A DNA stretch of 64,000 nucleotides from Psilocybe cubensis (Eukaryota), in NCBI GenBank assembly GCA_017499595.2, contig CM039000.1, positions 3,658,001 to 3,722,000 of the forward strand, in the 5' to 3' direction. Positions 1 through 13,164 of the stretch are shown here, one piece after another. Below the pieces are notes generated by a model that saw only the letters and a program-made list of their open reading frames with translations, had not been told where the DNA came from and did no database searches. How positions within the stretch are numbered: position 1 is the stretch's first letter; each line of letters begins with the position of its first letter. Position numbers and translations under genes: made by a program.

Positions 1-627
1 AACCTTGAAATCACGTACAACGGCGATTCAAACAATGCGCCCCTTACGCTGACAAGCTTCATAGTTCAAAATGTCACTCAGCCTCTGTCGACTTTGAGTA
101 ATATGAATACGACATCATCGTCTACCATGTCGCCCAACCCAATGACGACATCAAGTTCGACTGCCCCAAACCATCACCGACCTCGTTCGACTGGCTCGAT
201 TATTGGAGCGGTCTTCGGAGCTTTGTTGCTCATTGTTATCTTCCTTTTGTGCCTACTTTTCTGGAGGAAAAGAAATTCGACGAAAAGGGTGGGACTTCCG
301 GAATCGTCTGGCGCCATTCGGCCATTCAATTTCACATATTATCCCACCGTATCTCGCAACGCCTCATCACCCCCAGTCAACTCCAAAGCTTCTAGAGCGT
401 TTCCCACCGATGGATCGGTTCGTGGCGCTCTGCCTTCAGAGAAAATACAGAGAATGAACAACGGAAGAACATCGACATCACGTCTGCAACTATCCTCTGC
501 AGTTACTTCTGTGCCCTCAACCCAATCCTCCCCTGAAATACGAGTACATCATGATAGTGGGCTTCGCATTTCACAGCCCGAAGATGCCCATGTTATCGAC
601 GTCCCGCCCATCTATAGTCCGGTATGA
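1..627 (+). CDS. 3' part of a single-pass membrane protein (paralogue 1 of a tandem trio), truncated by the window edge
   Basis: TM segment IIGAVFGALLLIVIFLLCLLFW followed by RKR. C-terminus HHDSGLRI...DVPPIYSPV matches the two downstream paralogues. Confidence 0.8.
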   Translation, partial: NLEITYNGDSNNAPLTLTSFIVQNVTQPLSTLSNMNTTSSSTMSPNPMTTSSSTAPNHHRPRSTGSIIGAVFGALLLIVIFLLCLLFWRKRNSTKRVGLPESSGAIRPFNFTYYPTVSRNASSPPVNSKASRAFPTDGSVRGALPSEKIQRMNNGRTSTSRLQLSSAVTSVPSTQSSPEIRVHHDSGLRISQPEDAHVIDVPPIYSPV

Positions 628-1625
628 GTCGGTACCCATAACAGGGCTATCATAATCCTCTACCACCCTTAGAGAAATGGCAGTCGACATCAAGATTCTG
701 ATTTATCCATTCCTGAATGACTTCCGTCAGGATCCAATTTTAGCTGGAAGGGCGCTCAACACCCATCAGGAGACTATAACATTCATTGGCTTGTCGTCAT
801 ATACAAGAGAAAATAGTCGTGATTCATCTTATTTTTCTCTATCTGGTTTATAGCAGGGCATTATTACGGCCGACCACTACCCATATATTTCGTGGACATT
901 ATCGCCGCCATTATCGCTTATGTTAGATATCTACTGTTCAAGAGACTGGAACGGGTTGCAAGATGTCGATAAACTACTGGCGTAAATAGCAGAGAAGTTG
1001 TAGTTCTTGGTGTATGTTAAATGCAATACCTCTTGGTGATGTCGTTAAAATGCACAGCGCCTCTAACTTTCAAAATCCCATCCTCTTATACAGAGCAGTC
1101 ACAGGTCTACATGTGCTTTGCCAATGCCATGCCCCCCTGTCTGATATCACGTGTTGCTTCGGATTCTTTCTCTGGCACTCAATGTGTACTGCTACCATCT
1201 TGCGGTTTATTTCTAACACTCAACCATATAAATTTGCCAACAACATTTGTACCAGTGTACACCCGTCATGTGCATGTAATGAATGACCATTGACAGTTTT
1301 ATAGCACTCAAGGCCAATAATCCATCAACCAATCCATTCTTCAAATCTCATGAACTTGATATCAGTGTTTCAATCTCAGAATGAAGAGGACGAGAAGACC
1401 CAGGATTAAAATATCTACCATCCCGAACCAGGATCAAAAAACCATTTACGAGCTATTTAAAGTCCGGCTTGAATGACACGGATCGCGTTTCACGGAGGCC
1501 GCACAAGGTAAATCCTTTGGAGCTTGACTGTAAACATGGTCCAGTAACCGAAGAAAGGGCCGCCCATCTCTTTCCCTCCTGTTGACTCTTATCCTGTCCA
1601 TACCTTTTATACCGCAGCTCTCAAA

Positions 1626-3322
1626 ATGTCGGCTCGGCGAGCGATAATTGTTGACGACACAGATTCAAGAATACAGTATATTGGCTCAAGTTGGTTTCAA
1701 GACCAAGGATCTCAAGATAACGCAGGGAATTTTGGACCAGCTTACCAGAGCACATTGCACGGAACTAGATCGGATGCTAGCTTGTCCTTCAGTTTCAATG
1801 GTAAGCACTTGTTCAACTATCTACGGTACCTGGTCCAATCTGACAACACTTTGCAGGTACAAAGGTGTCTGTATATGGTTCGAACAATCTTCGCAACGAT
1901 TCGGGTGTCCTGGACCCCACCTGGGAATGTTTCATCGACAACATCAGTATTGGCAAAACCGCACCATTTCAGTTTGCAGAAAACAACTGGTTATTTTGTG
2001 ATCAAGATGGGTTACTTGACGGACCACATATCCTTACTGTGAACGCAACTGTCAAAAAGCAACAACCTTTTTGGTTTGACAATATTCAGTATATTCCTTC
2101 AAGTTCTTTATCTCTCGATAATGCGGCCGTTATGGTGGATAGTCTTGATTCTGAACTGCAATACGGGTCTGGGTGGAACGCTCTTGGGACTACGGCCAAT
2201 TTCACGCAAAGTCCAAATGCCATTTTCACATACTCCTTCATCGGTGAGTCAAAATCCATTTCTTTCACATTTCTTATGTTTTTCATCTCCTCGAGTCTAG
2301 GTGTATCTTTAAGCTGGTACTCATTTATCCCGGCGGAATTTCCTCATACCGCCACCTTTGCTAGCTATTCTGTCGATAATCAAGTTCCCGTCCAATTCTC
2401 ATTGAAAGGTCTTCCGGCGGGTACCACGACAACAATTTACAACCAAAAATTCTTTCAGACATCTGATTATCCAATGGGGTCGCATAAAATCGTCGTCACT
2501 TATCTTGGAAGTTCTTCAACGACACCTCTGACTCTCGATTACCTTGTCGTTCAAAATGGGACTTCCCCTTCTCCTTCCGGTGCTTCATCATCGCCAACCA
2601 CTAGTGGTAATGCAGGCTCGGCAGGATCGAGTCATTCGAGCAACGTCGGTGCAATTGCCGGTGGAGTAGTCGGTGGAATAGTGCTCATTATCCTAGCGAC
2701 CCTTGCTATCATCTATTTTCGTCGTTGGGATCGAAAGCAAAGCACCAAACCATTGTATAACCACAAGGAACATGACACGGGAGACGTTATCGACCCATTC
2801 CAATTGGCTCCCAGCATTCAGCCCGCTCCAACAACCTATTCACAGTACTCACCTCTCCCGACAGCTGCGGGCGGTAAGACTCAGCATCGGACTATTCCCA
2901 GTCAGACGACTACAGACCTGAATTCCATTGAGCCACCAAGCTCTGCTTCAGGTGGCATCGTTCCTCCGACGGCAAGTAGCCGTGATATCCCTTCCTCATT
3001 TTCAAGATCAGAAGATACAGGCCACCTTTCGACACCCACAAATGAGGTGCACGCGGGCAACAGCCTCCATCAAGACTCATCAAGACTAGCACAGCCACTG
3101 TATCAAGGAATGTCTGAAAAGGAGAGACGAGAGGCTGAAGCTACCGCCGCAGCTCTTCGACCACAGCAACATGCCGCACAGCAAATAGTGACATCACCAC
3201 AAAGCGCATCATCTGGCACAGGCTCTTCACGGTTGATTATGCATGAAGATAGCGGGATTCGTTTGCCGCGTCCTACAAGTGAAGGAGTGGTAGAAGTTCC
3301 TCCGACGTATACTGTGGATTGA
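1626..3322 (+). CDS. Single-pass membrane protein with repeated VDD-x-D..I-x-Y...W beta-sandwich-like ectodomain modules (paralogue 2)
   Basis: ATG at 1626; GT-AG introns at about 1801-1856 and 2244-2300; TM AIAGGVVGGIVLIILATLAIIYF; tail HEDSGIRL...EVPPTYTVD. Confidence 0.85.
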
Positions 3323-3852
3323 GCATGTGGTTTTCTTTTGTTCATTGTCAGTTTGCAGTTTATACCCAATGGAAAACGTTGTACTGATATATTATGGAAC
3401 CGAAATTTCAGATATACCCCTTGTTGTAATGTACCAAATGGTAAATTAAGTCAATACCGTTGTCTCTTGGATCAGATAATGCCCTCGTCATACCGATTAC
3501 GTTTGAATCCACTGCGGCTGAGAGAAGTAACAAACTGGTGGAGGCGCCAGTTCTTCTTGATATCTTAGCAATGACGAAGGTTGCAACAACCGCAGGGATC
3601 CGACAACCGCAGGAACTATAAAAGCTAAGTCAGGTCTCATTCTCGGCCATGCATGATGTTTTCTTCCCATAGTAAAAGCGCTTGACTCCGCCCGTTGCTA
3701 TCGCTGATAGGCATCTCCGATTCACATCATTAACGTACAGGTCCCAAGGGATCAAAGTGTTCACGCACCTGAACTTGCGTTCGGCTACTGTATATTTAAA
3801 ATTTAAATCGTACTACCCCATATTTCCTCTTTTCTTTACCTCCACCATACAA

Positions 3853-5539
3853 ATGTCTATTCCGCGATGGGTTGCTGTGGACGACGCCGACTCAAGAATT
3901 CAGTACATTGGTTCCGGATGGTTCCAAGATCAGGGAAGTCAGAATGACAGGGGCAATTTTGGGGCATCGTACAAAAGCACTTTGCATGGAACAAAGTCGA
4001 ACGCGAGTTTATCCTTTACTTTCAGCGGTAAGTAATACTTTGTTATTCTTTACTTGATTGTTTCTCACTGTATGCTAGGTGCGCAAGTCAAAGTCCTTGG
4101 GTTCAATAACATTCGCAACGATTCAGGTGTCATCGACCCGAGCTGGGAATGTTTTGTGGACAACATCAGCATTGGACAAAGCAAACCATCAATAGCGGTG
4201 GACAACTACTGGACCATGTGCGATCATGATCAGCTTGTCGATGGACAGCACGTCATCACGGTGAACGCGACGGTCATGAAAGAGCAGACTTTCTGGGTTG
4301 ACCAAATTCGGTATGTACCGTCGTCGTATGTCCCTCTTGACACGGCCGCTGTTGTTGTTGACAACACCGATCCCGCAATCACCTTCGGGGATGGATGGAG
4401 TAATTTGGGCAACTTTTGCAATGCAACAAACGCTGCAAATTCAATTGTGACCTTTCCATTTAATGGTACGCCTTCAAACAATCATTTATGTGATCTCGTT
4501 CCTTATGCTGAGGAATTTAGGTGCATCCGTGAGTTGGTATGCGTTTATACCAGAAACACCGCACACTCCAACAACTGGCAGTTATTCTGTTGATGGGGGG
4601 CCCCCTTCTAATTTTATTTTGAACGGCATTCCTATAAACTCGCCTGTGAAAATCGAGTATAATCAAAAACTTTTCGAGACCCCTCAGTACGACCCAGGTC
4701 CGCACACACTCGTTGTGACTTATCTAGGCAATTCTTCAGCGACACCCCTTACTCTGGACTGGCTCATTGTTCAGAATGCTACGGCTACTCGCTCCTCGAA
4801 TGGAAGCTCAACAACCCAGGGAGGCTCAGATGTTCCGAGCTCAAAACACACCAAAAACGTTGGCCCAATCGTGGGCGGTGTCATTGGAACTGTGGTATTG
4901 ATTGGAATTGCTGTCTGTGCGATCCTATATTTCCGGAGATGGGAGAGGAACCAAAAGAAGAAACCTATTCTAGTGAAGGAAGCGCAGCTTGGCGCGGATG
5001 ATAACATGGCGATTGTACCCTTTCAACTCTCTCCCAGCCTGCAGACGGGTGCTTCTGGTAGCTTTTATGCAAACCACAGACCTCAGGGTAGCATCACGAC
5101 ATTCACTACGACTCGTCACGGCCCAAAGCCAAGTCAAAGCACTGTGGATTTGAAGTCCACTACTCCGCCGAGCTTGACATCGAGGAGCAGGACCCCTATA
5201 CCGACACCCTCTGGAAGCCAAGGCCGTTCAGTATCACCATATGAGGGTAATTTGGCCAATTCAACTCGCTCAGATCCTTTGCTTTCAGCTCGCAATTATC
5301 AATCTCCCCCACCAATTCAGCAACCTATTGGATCCGAAAAGGAAAGACGAGAAGCCGAAGCAACTGTTACTGCTCTTCGACCACAGAGATTTCCTGTCCG
5401 GCCTCCTCTCGAGCCACCAGTACATAGTTCTGATTCCGGCTCTTCACGAATGATTGTGCACGAGGATAGTGGCCTACGATTACCCCGTGTCAGTCAAGGC
5501 AGTGTGCTTGAAGTGCCACCCAGGTATACTGTTGGATGA
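3853..5539 (+). CDS. Single-pass membrane protein (paralogue 3)
   Basis: ATG at 3853; introns at about 4028-4078 and 4466-4520, the same positions as in paralogue 2; shares WFQDQGSQ, RNDSGV.DP.WECF.DNISIG, EKERREAEAT and HEDSG.RL. Confidence 0.85.
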
Positions 5540-6299
5540 AGTTGCAAGATAAGAACGAGCAATTCATAATTTATAATGGGAACCTATCCGCACTCTCTTA
5601 ATATTTTTTATTAGTCTGTATACTGATATATCTCGATACACATTATTGTAAATTTATGAGACTTCTATTGAACTGCGATACGCATTCATACCATTACTCG
5701 AGTTTGGTGATCGAAACCCCCGTCTTGTCTCCGCTCCTCGCCTCTTATTGCAAGTAATCGTTCAACAGCAGAAATAATCAAAAATAATTGGCGCCCAACA
5801 CTACACGCTTATCGGCTAATTAAGCGCTCCGCATCTTGAAACCCCCGAATTGACCGATGAGCGCAATAGCGGCCGCCATCTTATTACTAACTTGTTTGGA
5901 TGTACGCTTTCGTCATTGGTCGTTCACCGTCAACCGACGAGGACCTAATTCCTGTTGTGGCGTCATGATGACTGCTCAAGCTGAAAGTAAGACATCTAGA
6001 CGGACACCCTCCTCGTCGATTCTATTCCATGGCTCATCATTCACCGACCCCCCATATGGTCGTCACCCAGGGTGTCGCAATTTTTCAGGCGAGGATGTCC
6101 ACAAATCCAGTGGTAAATTTGTATAAACTGTCTCGACTCTCGACTCTTGACATAGTGGACATGATATTAGACGCTCCGCAGAAACAATTTGAGTCAATTT
6201 GTACAGATAACATCTTACGGTTTGTTCTGCAGCTGTTCTACGGGGATAGGCGGTCCTGGAAAGATACGGGAGATTTTGCGGGCAATACATCTCCTTTTT

Positions 6300-7947
6300 T
6301 GGTATCGAAGATATTTGTTTTGTATGAGGGTGGGTATTGCCAGAAATATACTTCTTGAGGATGTTTTCTATTAGTGAAGAATGTAGGCTCTGGGGGTGTT
6401 CAAATCATTCGCAAGGGAAAACATGACATACCTTTGAGGTTTCTGCTGGAGGAGGGGCCAAAGTCACCCATCCTGCAATAGTTCAGACCATCATGATTGG
6501 CAAACGGAATTACAATATGTTAGACGTATCTCACCATTCTGACTAGCCACAACATTCAACTCCAAGATTTTAATCAGAAGACGTGAAATAGAAATTGTGT
6601 CGCTGTCGGCCTTTATCAGAGTCAATGACAGATACACAATGGACAATAAAAGTCGTGTTCTTGCCTCAGGGTTAGTAACAGAAGTCCACAGATAGTCTTC
6701 TATGATCGCCACATCAGATTGGGGGAACTGAAAAAGACAAGCTATGGACGAAGCTTCGCATGGAACTTTTTGAATACTCACCTCCTCTATGAGAAATCGC
6801 AGTATAATTTCTAATGGATGGAATAACAACTACAAACCAGAGGTCAAATACGAACGTGAACCAAATGAACAGCAAACTTACTTCTGTAGGCTCGGACGTA
6901 TAACTCTCGGGGTGTTTTAGTCGCTTTTCTAAAAAGCTTTGAAACCGCGCTGGTATCCCAACTACAGGAATAATCAGAACGTTGTAGAATGAAATATACT
7001 CCGGGGGTCGATTTCGAAGCAAATGCTCTGCCCACTGGGATACATTGATGGCGATCTTCATCCCTCAAATAAACAGTGTGTCCATTTCCGGTGAAACGTC
7101 AGAAGATCTCACTCTGCATTCCATGTTTATTGAATCTTCCCAAGGATTGCTCATGGATTCCTGGAAACGACAAATTGCTGCTACTCGACCAACTTGTTTA
7201 TAATCCAATGGATAGCATGCTGATGCCCAGCTGTTAGCTTTATCGCAACCCGTAACAAGATAAAGACTTCCGTTCGGGCATATGATATTTCCAGGTCCAA
7301 ATTGATTCACGAACATGTACCATTTTAAAGCATGCTTTTGGACATAGTCACGAATGCTGACCGTCGAAATGAGATCTTCACGCAGCCCACCATTCTGAAG
7401 TATAAGAACGGCAGCCTCCCTTGCTTTCACGGTGAAGGTTACATCTCTGATGTGAAAGAAGTCGTCAATACGTCTAGGGTTAAACTACAGAGGAGATGAA
7501 TGAGATACAAAGAGTGCACGTACAACGGTGTGGATGATCGCCTGAAGACATCAACTCCCTTGGATGAGAACACAGTACCGGGCGGCACTTGAACGGATAG
7601 AATATCAGTAGATTCCGGGGGCGGATGAATTGGTACCATATCCGGAGGACAGAAATCTTGAGCCGGATCTGATTGGGATTTGTATATGTTGAAAACGTAA
7701 ATTGGCCTTCTTGGTCAATATATCCCTCATCACCTATGGTAAGGCCAACTTTGGGAGGTTGGTCTTGTTGCATATGCATAATCTGTGCCGGATAGAAAAG
7801 AGGGAAACCATTTCCAAGCATATAGAGCGCGCGAATGAACGTTTCTGCTCGTCCAGGTGGAGTCAGCATTTGATGACATCGGGGAAAACTCGTGTCAGCC
7901 ATCAGTGAACGATAGGGATGTGCAATTGATGCTTGAAGTAGACACAA
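6300..7947 (-). pseudogene. Disrupted paralogue of the G.PL..P / IGDVG / NGSLYLVTG.DKA family (possibly gasdermin-like)
   Basis: Aligns by eye with 38150-39990. Frameshift near 7697 (GQFTF, then FNIYK...CPPDMVP in another frame) and in-frame TGA at 7065-7067 (LFI*GMKIA versus VFLRGMKLA in the paralogue). 3' end uncertain. Confidence 0.7.
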
Positions 7948-8608
7948 TAAGCAAGAGAAAAAAAATGGAACATTTGGTATAAACCTGAATCATCTGGTTT
8001 TGTATCTTGCACTGATATCTCTTCAGCTCGCGCGTCTGTGGTTTTACCGTTTTAGCCACCTTCAAAGTAGAACACGTTGAATACGACAGTTGTTTATTAG
8101 TGCATTACAACGTACCTCCGTATTTCCTTCATCCAGAGCCATGAAGAATAAATAGTACTGCTCTACAATACTTCAAACTGGCAGTGTTCAAATGGTGAAG
8201 CTCAAATAAATGGGAGCAGGCCTTGCTCAAGCCTTGCTTGTTCAATTCAACCACGCGTCACGCATATATCATATTTTCTCCGCATTTCGTAAGCGCCACA
8301 CTTGAAGTCTATTTTTGGATGTCGCGCGTTCGAATCTGGGCGGCTGCGAGTTTACCTTAGCCTCCATAGCGCTACCGTGCGGGGTTTGGGGTACAATAAA
8401 CTCAGTAGATTCATGCACCCCCAGAGGCTACGTTGTATGATAAATTCAAATGTTATTGTAACTTCCATGACTACTCAAAACTACTAAAAACAATAATTTC
8501 TACTCTTGCTACATAGTTATGTTACTGTCAAATTTATATCGCCTATGAAGCTAGTAAACACACTACGCATTTTCGACGGAAAACTGTATCTTATAGATAT
8601 TCATGGAT

Positions 8609-10249
8609 TTATTTTTCCTTTCGAAAAATGGACTTCACCGACTCCATACTACCTTGTATCCCGGATGAAGTAAAAGACGATAGCAACAACGTTCCCGAAC
8701 TTGTTGACTTTGGCTTACGTTTTTTGATGGTGTAAAGCTCCACTGCAACACTGTACTCGGAGTGATAATTCATCTTCGGGTTCGATGACCCACGATTCGT
8801 ATTGAAAGTGTGATTGGCCTCCCAGGTGTAGATACTGTTCTCCGACTCCGAGCTGGAATGTTTCAACAGCTTTGCCTTCAAGTTAGACGCTGCTTCTTCC
8901 TCGCTGAGCAGCGGTATTGACGCCGCACTCCAGACCTTAGCTTTATAACAGGCACCAATCATCTTCAGAGTCCCATTTGGAAATCGCCTCCGAGCACCCG
9001 TATCTGTACCGTTGAGGAGTTCATACCAGGAAACGCAATGCTGAGCCACATATTCATCGATGATCAACCTTATATTCAAGTCGGACAATCTCTCCACGAT
9101 TGCGTTGTCCGGTAAAACGAGAATGGATGCGGCAGTCTGGTGCTTTCCCTTTACGAGAATTGTTTGGAAACTATAGGCGCAGGATCTAAAGTATCTATGC
9201 GTCACTTATCATATTTATGAGCTTCGCAAGAAGACAAACCCAATTTCCTCTTCATTGCACCTCACAAGATTGTTCGTCATATAGGAAGTGCTTTGACTTA
9301 CAAGAGGGACTCTCTCAACCTGGAGTACTAGCGGTTGAAACGATGGTGTGATCTTGTAGTGCATTTCTTCGTTCTCTGCCCTCGACATAAGCGCATTGAA
9401 CACGACTTCAAAAGATCCATCATGTCTGAGAATTCCCACATCCCCAACTGAGCAATGCTTTGGTCGAAGGTGTGCAGAGAGATTAACGTTGGGGTAAGGA
9501 ATCCATAGCGGAATGGCGTGTCGAGACCCTATACCCATGTCGGAGGTCATATATGCCCGAGGGAGAGGGTCTATATCGACAGTCTTGAGCTTCTGCCATC
9601 ACTCTCCAGTTAATGCATTGTTTTAAGTAGAGCTAAATCAGTCTAACCTCCCTCGACATTAATTTGATGTGAGATTTAGAATATTGGGCCGATTTCTCTC
9701 TTGTAGTAGGCGAAGTTAGATTAGAATAAGTTGAAGATTTTCTGTTGGCTGTTTGTTCATTGTTTTGACCGCGTTCGGGGAGAGAACTTGAAATACGCTG
9801 AAACAACAGATAGGTTATATTTTATCGCCTCGAATCGATGTTTTGAAATGCCCTGCTGACCTTAAGAACTCGAAGAGCGCCTGTTTGGTCCACTATTTGG
9901 TCCACCAGAGGCTCGCCGCTAGTGACTCTAATATTTGAGGGAAGCTCTATTGCTGCATCGCGATTTGACCCATGAACTGCTGTGTGACTGGGTAGTAATG
10001 GATCGGTACCCGAATATGCAAGGCGAGGGACTTCGTGGTTTGATGCGAGTTGTTTTCCTTTGTCCTTGGATTGCTCACTGAAATCCTCAGCTGGTTGGTC
10101 TGTGGCGCATGTAAATGATGTAAAATTCTTCAATACATGTATATGGCGGCACGTATATGGAGTAAAAGGAACCTACCACATAGTATATTGAATTGAACCG
10201 TGTGGTACGTATTGGTTATCCGATTGCCAGAATTTATTACAGAAGTTGA
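8609..10249 (-). pseudogene. 3' portion of a host gene of the same family, interrupted by the 27-kb element
   Basis: Motifs IPLWIPYP, VGDVGILRHDGSFEVVFN, ILVLPDNA, WYELLN, PNGTLKMIGACYKAKVW. The exon STSVINSGNR ends at the left TSD. Confidence 0.7.
10242..10249. repeat. Left target-site duplication GAAGTTGA
   Basis: Identical 8-mer at 37277-37284; both copies lie immediately outside the TIRs. Confidence 0.93.
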
Positions 10250-10272
10250 CAAGGGGGTGCCGGTGTTCAAAA
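10250..10272 (+). repeat. Left TIR CAAGGGGGTGCCGGTGTTCAAAA
   Basis: Reverse complement of 37254-37276 with one mismatch. Confidence 0.93.
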
Positions 10273-10681
10273 TTCGGACACCACCTAGGTAGGTAGGTTG
10301 GCCGATCAGCCCCAAAAAAAAAAAATGTACCATATTTTTTTTGTCTAATTTCTGAGGAATTTCACGGTCCAAAGTTGTCTGTAATCAAGTTTAGAGCATT
10401 TTGGACTGTATTTCATAGACAAATTATGTTTTTAAACAAACACAATGCCAATCTCGTTGAAATTCAGGTTAAAATCTTCATGATAGGTGGCCGGGCTTCA
10501 AACAACACAGATATTTGACCTGATTTTGACTGAGATCATTGATTTACCGTCTGGACGCTGTCTCAAAGACATGGGTGTGCCACATGTAAAGGGAGCAAAC
10601 GGGGTTGTAATTAGTTCTATAACTACTTATTTACACTTTGACCTGTCCGATGTCGGGAAATTGAGTGAATTTTGATGAAGT

Positions 10682-10726
10682 TCAATGTCTTGGCCCTTGG
10701 CAATTCCCATTTTAGGCGATTTTGAT
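10682..10726 (+). repeat. 45-bp subterminal direct repeat, left copy
   Basis: TCAATGTCTTGGCCCTTGGCAATTCCCATTTTAGGCGATTTTGAT, identical at 37135-37179. Confidence 0.92.
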
Positions 10727-11350
10727 TTACGAGTCTTTACGTAAGTAAAGATGAGTTCTTTTATCCCCACAACCCAGCGAGCAAAAATGTCCTCGCCAAT
10801 TGTCCCCATCAAAATATTATTGATGCGATCAATTCGTTACCGGTATCGGTATTTTCCTTAAGCGGTCACCGGACCCCCTAAGCAACCCCTTTCCAAATCA
10901 TTCTACGACTTCTTTTTACCATTGGTTACTTTAAAGTTTGTTTTTGATTTGTTTTGATCGCAATGTGAATGTGCGTTTCCATAAAATTAATTACAACAAT
11001 AGTCCTACTCAATTCACTTTTTTGCGTTGTTGTTTAATTTTTAAAACCATGTGGAACCGTCTAGCCGACCTGCTTATATATTGTACTAATACTTAGAGAT
11101 GGAACAAATGCACTCTTTGAACTATGGGTCTGAAAGGTTGGAAATAGAACTTTGCAGGCACACACGTTCAATAATTACGCGTTCTTGGGTTCTGGGCGTT
11201 CTGTACTATTTGAATTTGATTTTCTGATTCATGATCGTTTCTCACGCATACCGATTTGTTCTTCCCCTACGTCGGGCGTCTATCGGCTTACGGTTAATAT
11301 ATTTATTGACGTAGGATAAACAATGCACTTTCCTCCGCACTGTTTTACCC

Positions 11351-12742
11351 ATGGCTTCCGCGTTATCCCCCCGTTTCCAACAGTATGTTCACTGTTTTAT
11401 CTCATTTGGTTATTACTTATTTTTTAGAGTCTTTCCGCCTCCCATGGACGATGTGTACATGGATCAGATGGATCTGAAAACCCTCTACCGTTTCTCTTGG
11501 ACTTGCAAGGAGCTAAGCGACCGCGTTTCGGGCTATATGCGCCGCGCCTTCCGTCCCGAAAATTTATTTGCTCCTATCTTCAAACCCGATGAACATTTGC
11601 CGTTTCGTCTTCTCCAGTTCAAGACTGGCCTGGTTATTTCAGGTTCCACCGTTTTGCATTTTATCAATTGTGCTAATACATGGATTCCGGGTGACATGGA
11701 CATGTACGTTGAGCACAGATATGCTCTTCCCGTTCTTTCCTGGATGATGTCCATTGGATTTACCATCATGCCGCATCCCAAATATCCGGACAACGCCACG
11801 GCGGAACAAATTTTGAAAATGGAAAAAATCGTCCTTCAGGAACATCCTCTTCATCGACATTACAATACCACCGGAGTGGTCGTTAACCTATGGCGCCAAG
11901 GTTCTTTCGTCCAACTGATTACGACTTGTCAATCGGTGGTAGAGTGCATTTTGGGGTATCATAGCAGTATGTCCCCAATGTCATGTGTCGAAACAATGTT
12001 AACTTCAATTTTGTTCTACTGCAGCCGGCGTCATGAATTTCGTTACCTTTGAGAAGGTGTACAGCTTGTATCCGAATGCTACCTTTGGACATCAAGTCTC
12101 TCTGTTGCAACCTCCTGCCAACCTCAAGCGCGCGCAAAAATTTCTTGCGAAATATCATTCCCGTGGCTTGAAATTTGTTCTTTCCATTCCATCGCAAACT
12201 TTGAAAATGGACCGCCATATCCGAAGCAGGATACAGTCTATCAGGGACAACTTAAATGTTGGGTATAGTTCATCTCGTGGTCATGTTCTCGTTGAGCTGC
12301 ATTACGATCCTCGTCCAGAGTTGTTCTCTCCTGGGATTAGACGGGTTGGCGACAGGCATTGTTGGGTTTATTCTTTGCCTCTTTTACCCGAAGCAAATCA
12401 GACTTCCTTTATTGAAGCCAATTCATGGGCATTGTTGCTCGATGAATTCGATTGTTTGCATTTTGGTGTCCGTCGCATCAGCGGTATCACATTGGATTTT
12501 CACTACACAGCGGCGGATGTTTACCAATTACACGAGCGCGTCAAAAAAGCTATCAAATCCTGGGAAAGGGGTATAAGGTGTGTGCTCTTTAGTTTTAGCA
12601 TTCGTCAATTTAATTCCTGTAATGTAGGCAAAAAGATGACCGTGTACATGCGACTGTTTTGTATTTGCTATCCAGAAAGGCAGATATTTTCTGGTTGCAT
12701 CGCCCTCGACCACAGAGCCTGTTGTGGAATGGATATTTGTAA
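11351..12742 (+). CDS. F-box-like N-terminus plus Pol-beta-type nucleotidyltransferase-like domain (cargo copy A)
   Basis: DLKTLYRFSWTCKEL (F-box-like); VISGSTVLHF..WIPGDMDMYV fits the hGS...DxD motif; about 3 introns; paralogue at 34252-35682. Confidence 0.65.
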
Positions 12743-12839
12743 TTTCTTCCATCCTTAGTCAAATTTTTGTTCGAAATAAACTTGTGTTCTCGTCCTCATT
12801 CTTTTCGTCTTAATTTGTAAGTTTGACTTGCGGATGAGC

Positions 12840-13019
12840 GTGGGAGAATCCTGCGTACACTGTACGCAGGATATTCCCACGGTCAACCTCTCCCGATATT
12901 CAGCCGAGTGTGGGAATATTCTGCGTACAGTGTACGCAGGATTCTCCCACGGACTTCCTCGCCGATATTCAGCCGAGTGTGGGAATATTCTGCGTACAGT
13001 GTACGCAGGATTCTCCCAC
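12840..13019. repeat. Array of three 41-bp palindromes (12840-12880, 12910-12950, 12979-13019)
   Basis: GTGGGA(AT/GA)AT(C/T)CTGCGTACA-S-TGTACGCAGGAT(AT/TC)TCCCAC; periods of 70 and 69 bp with similar spacers. Confidence 0.95.
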
Positions 13020-13164
13020 GGGGTGCCAACTAACACCTTCAGATAATTTCTGTCATGAAAATGACTTGACAAATTATTCCTTGTTATTCACAATGTTCTC
13101 GCAAATAAATTGATTGTTCGTTTAGCACATTTATGATATCCTTGTCTTTCTATGTACGTATGTA

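Noticed and set aside
12840-13019. CRISPR-like repeat-spacer appearance of the palindrome arrays (also 25007-25167)
   Set aside because: Spacers are near-identical to each other, so these are tandem duplications. The context is eukaryotic and no cas genes are present.
12755-13113. Short ORFs over the palindrome arrays (also 24952-25258 and 33553-33816)
   Set aside because: They are translations of the repeat unit on both strands with no coding signature.
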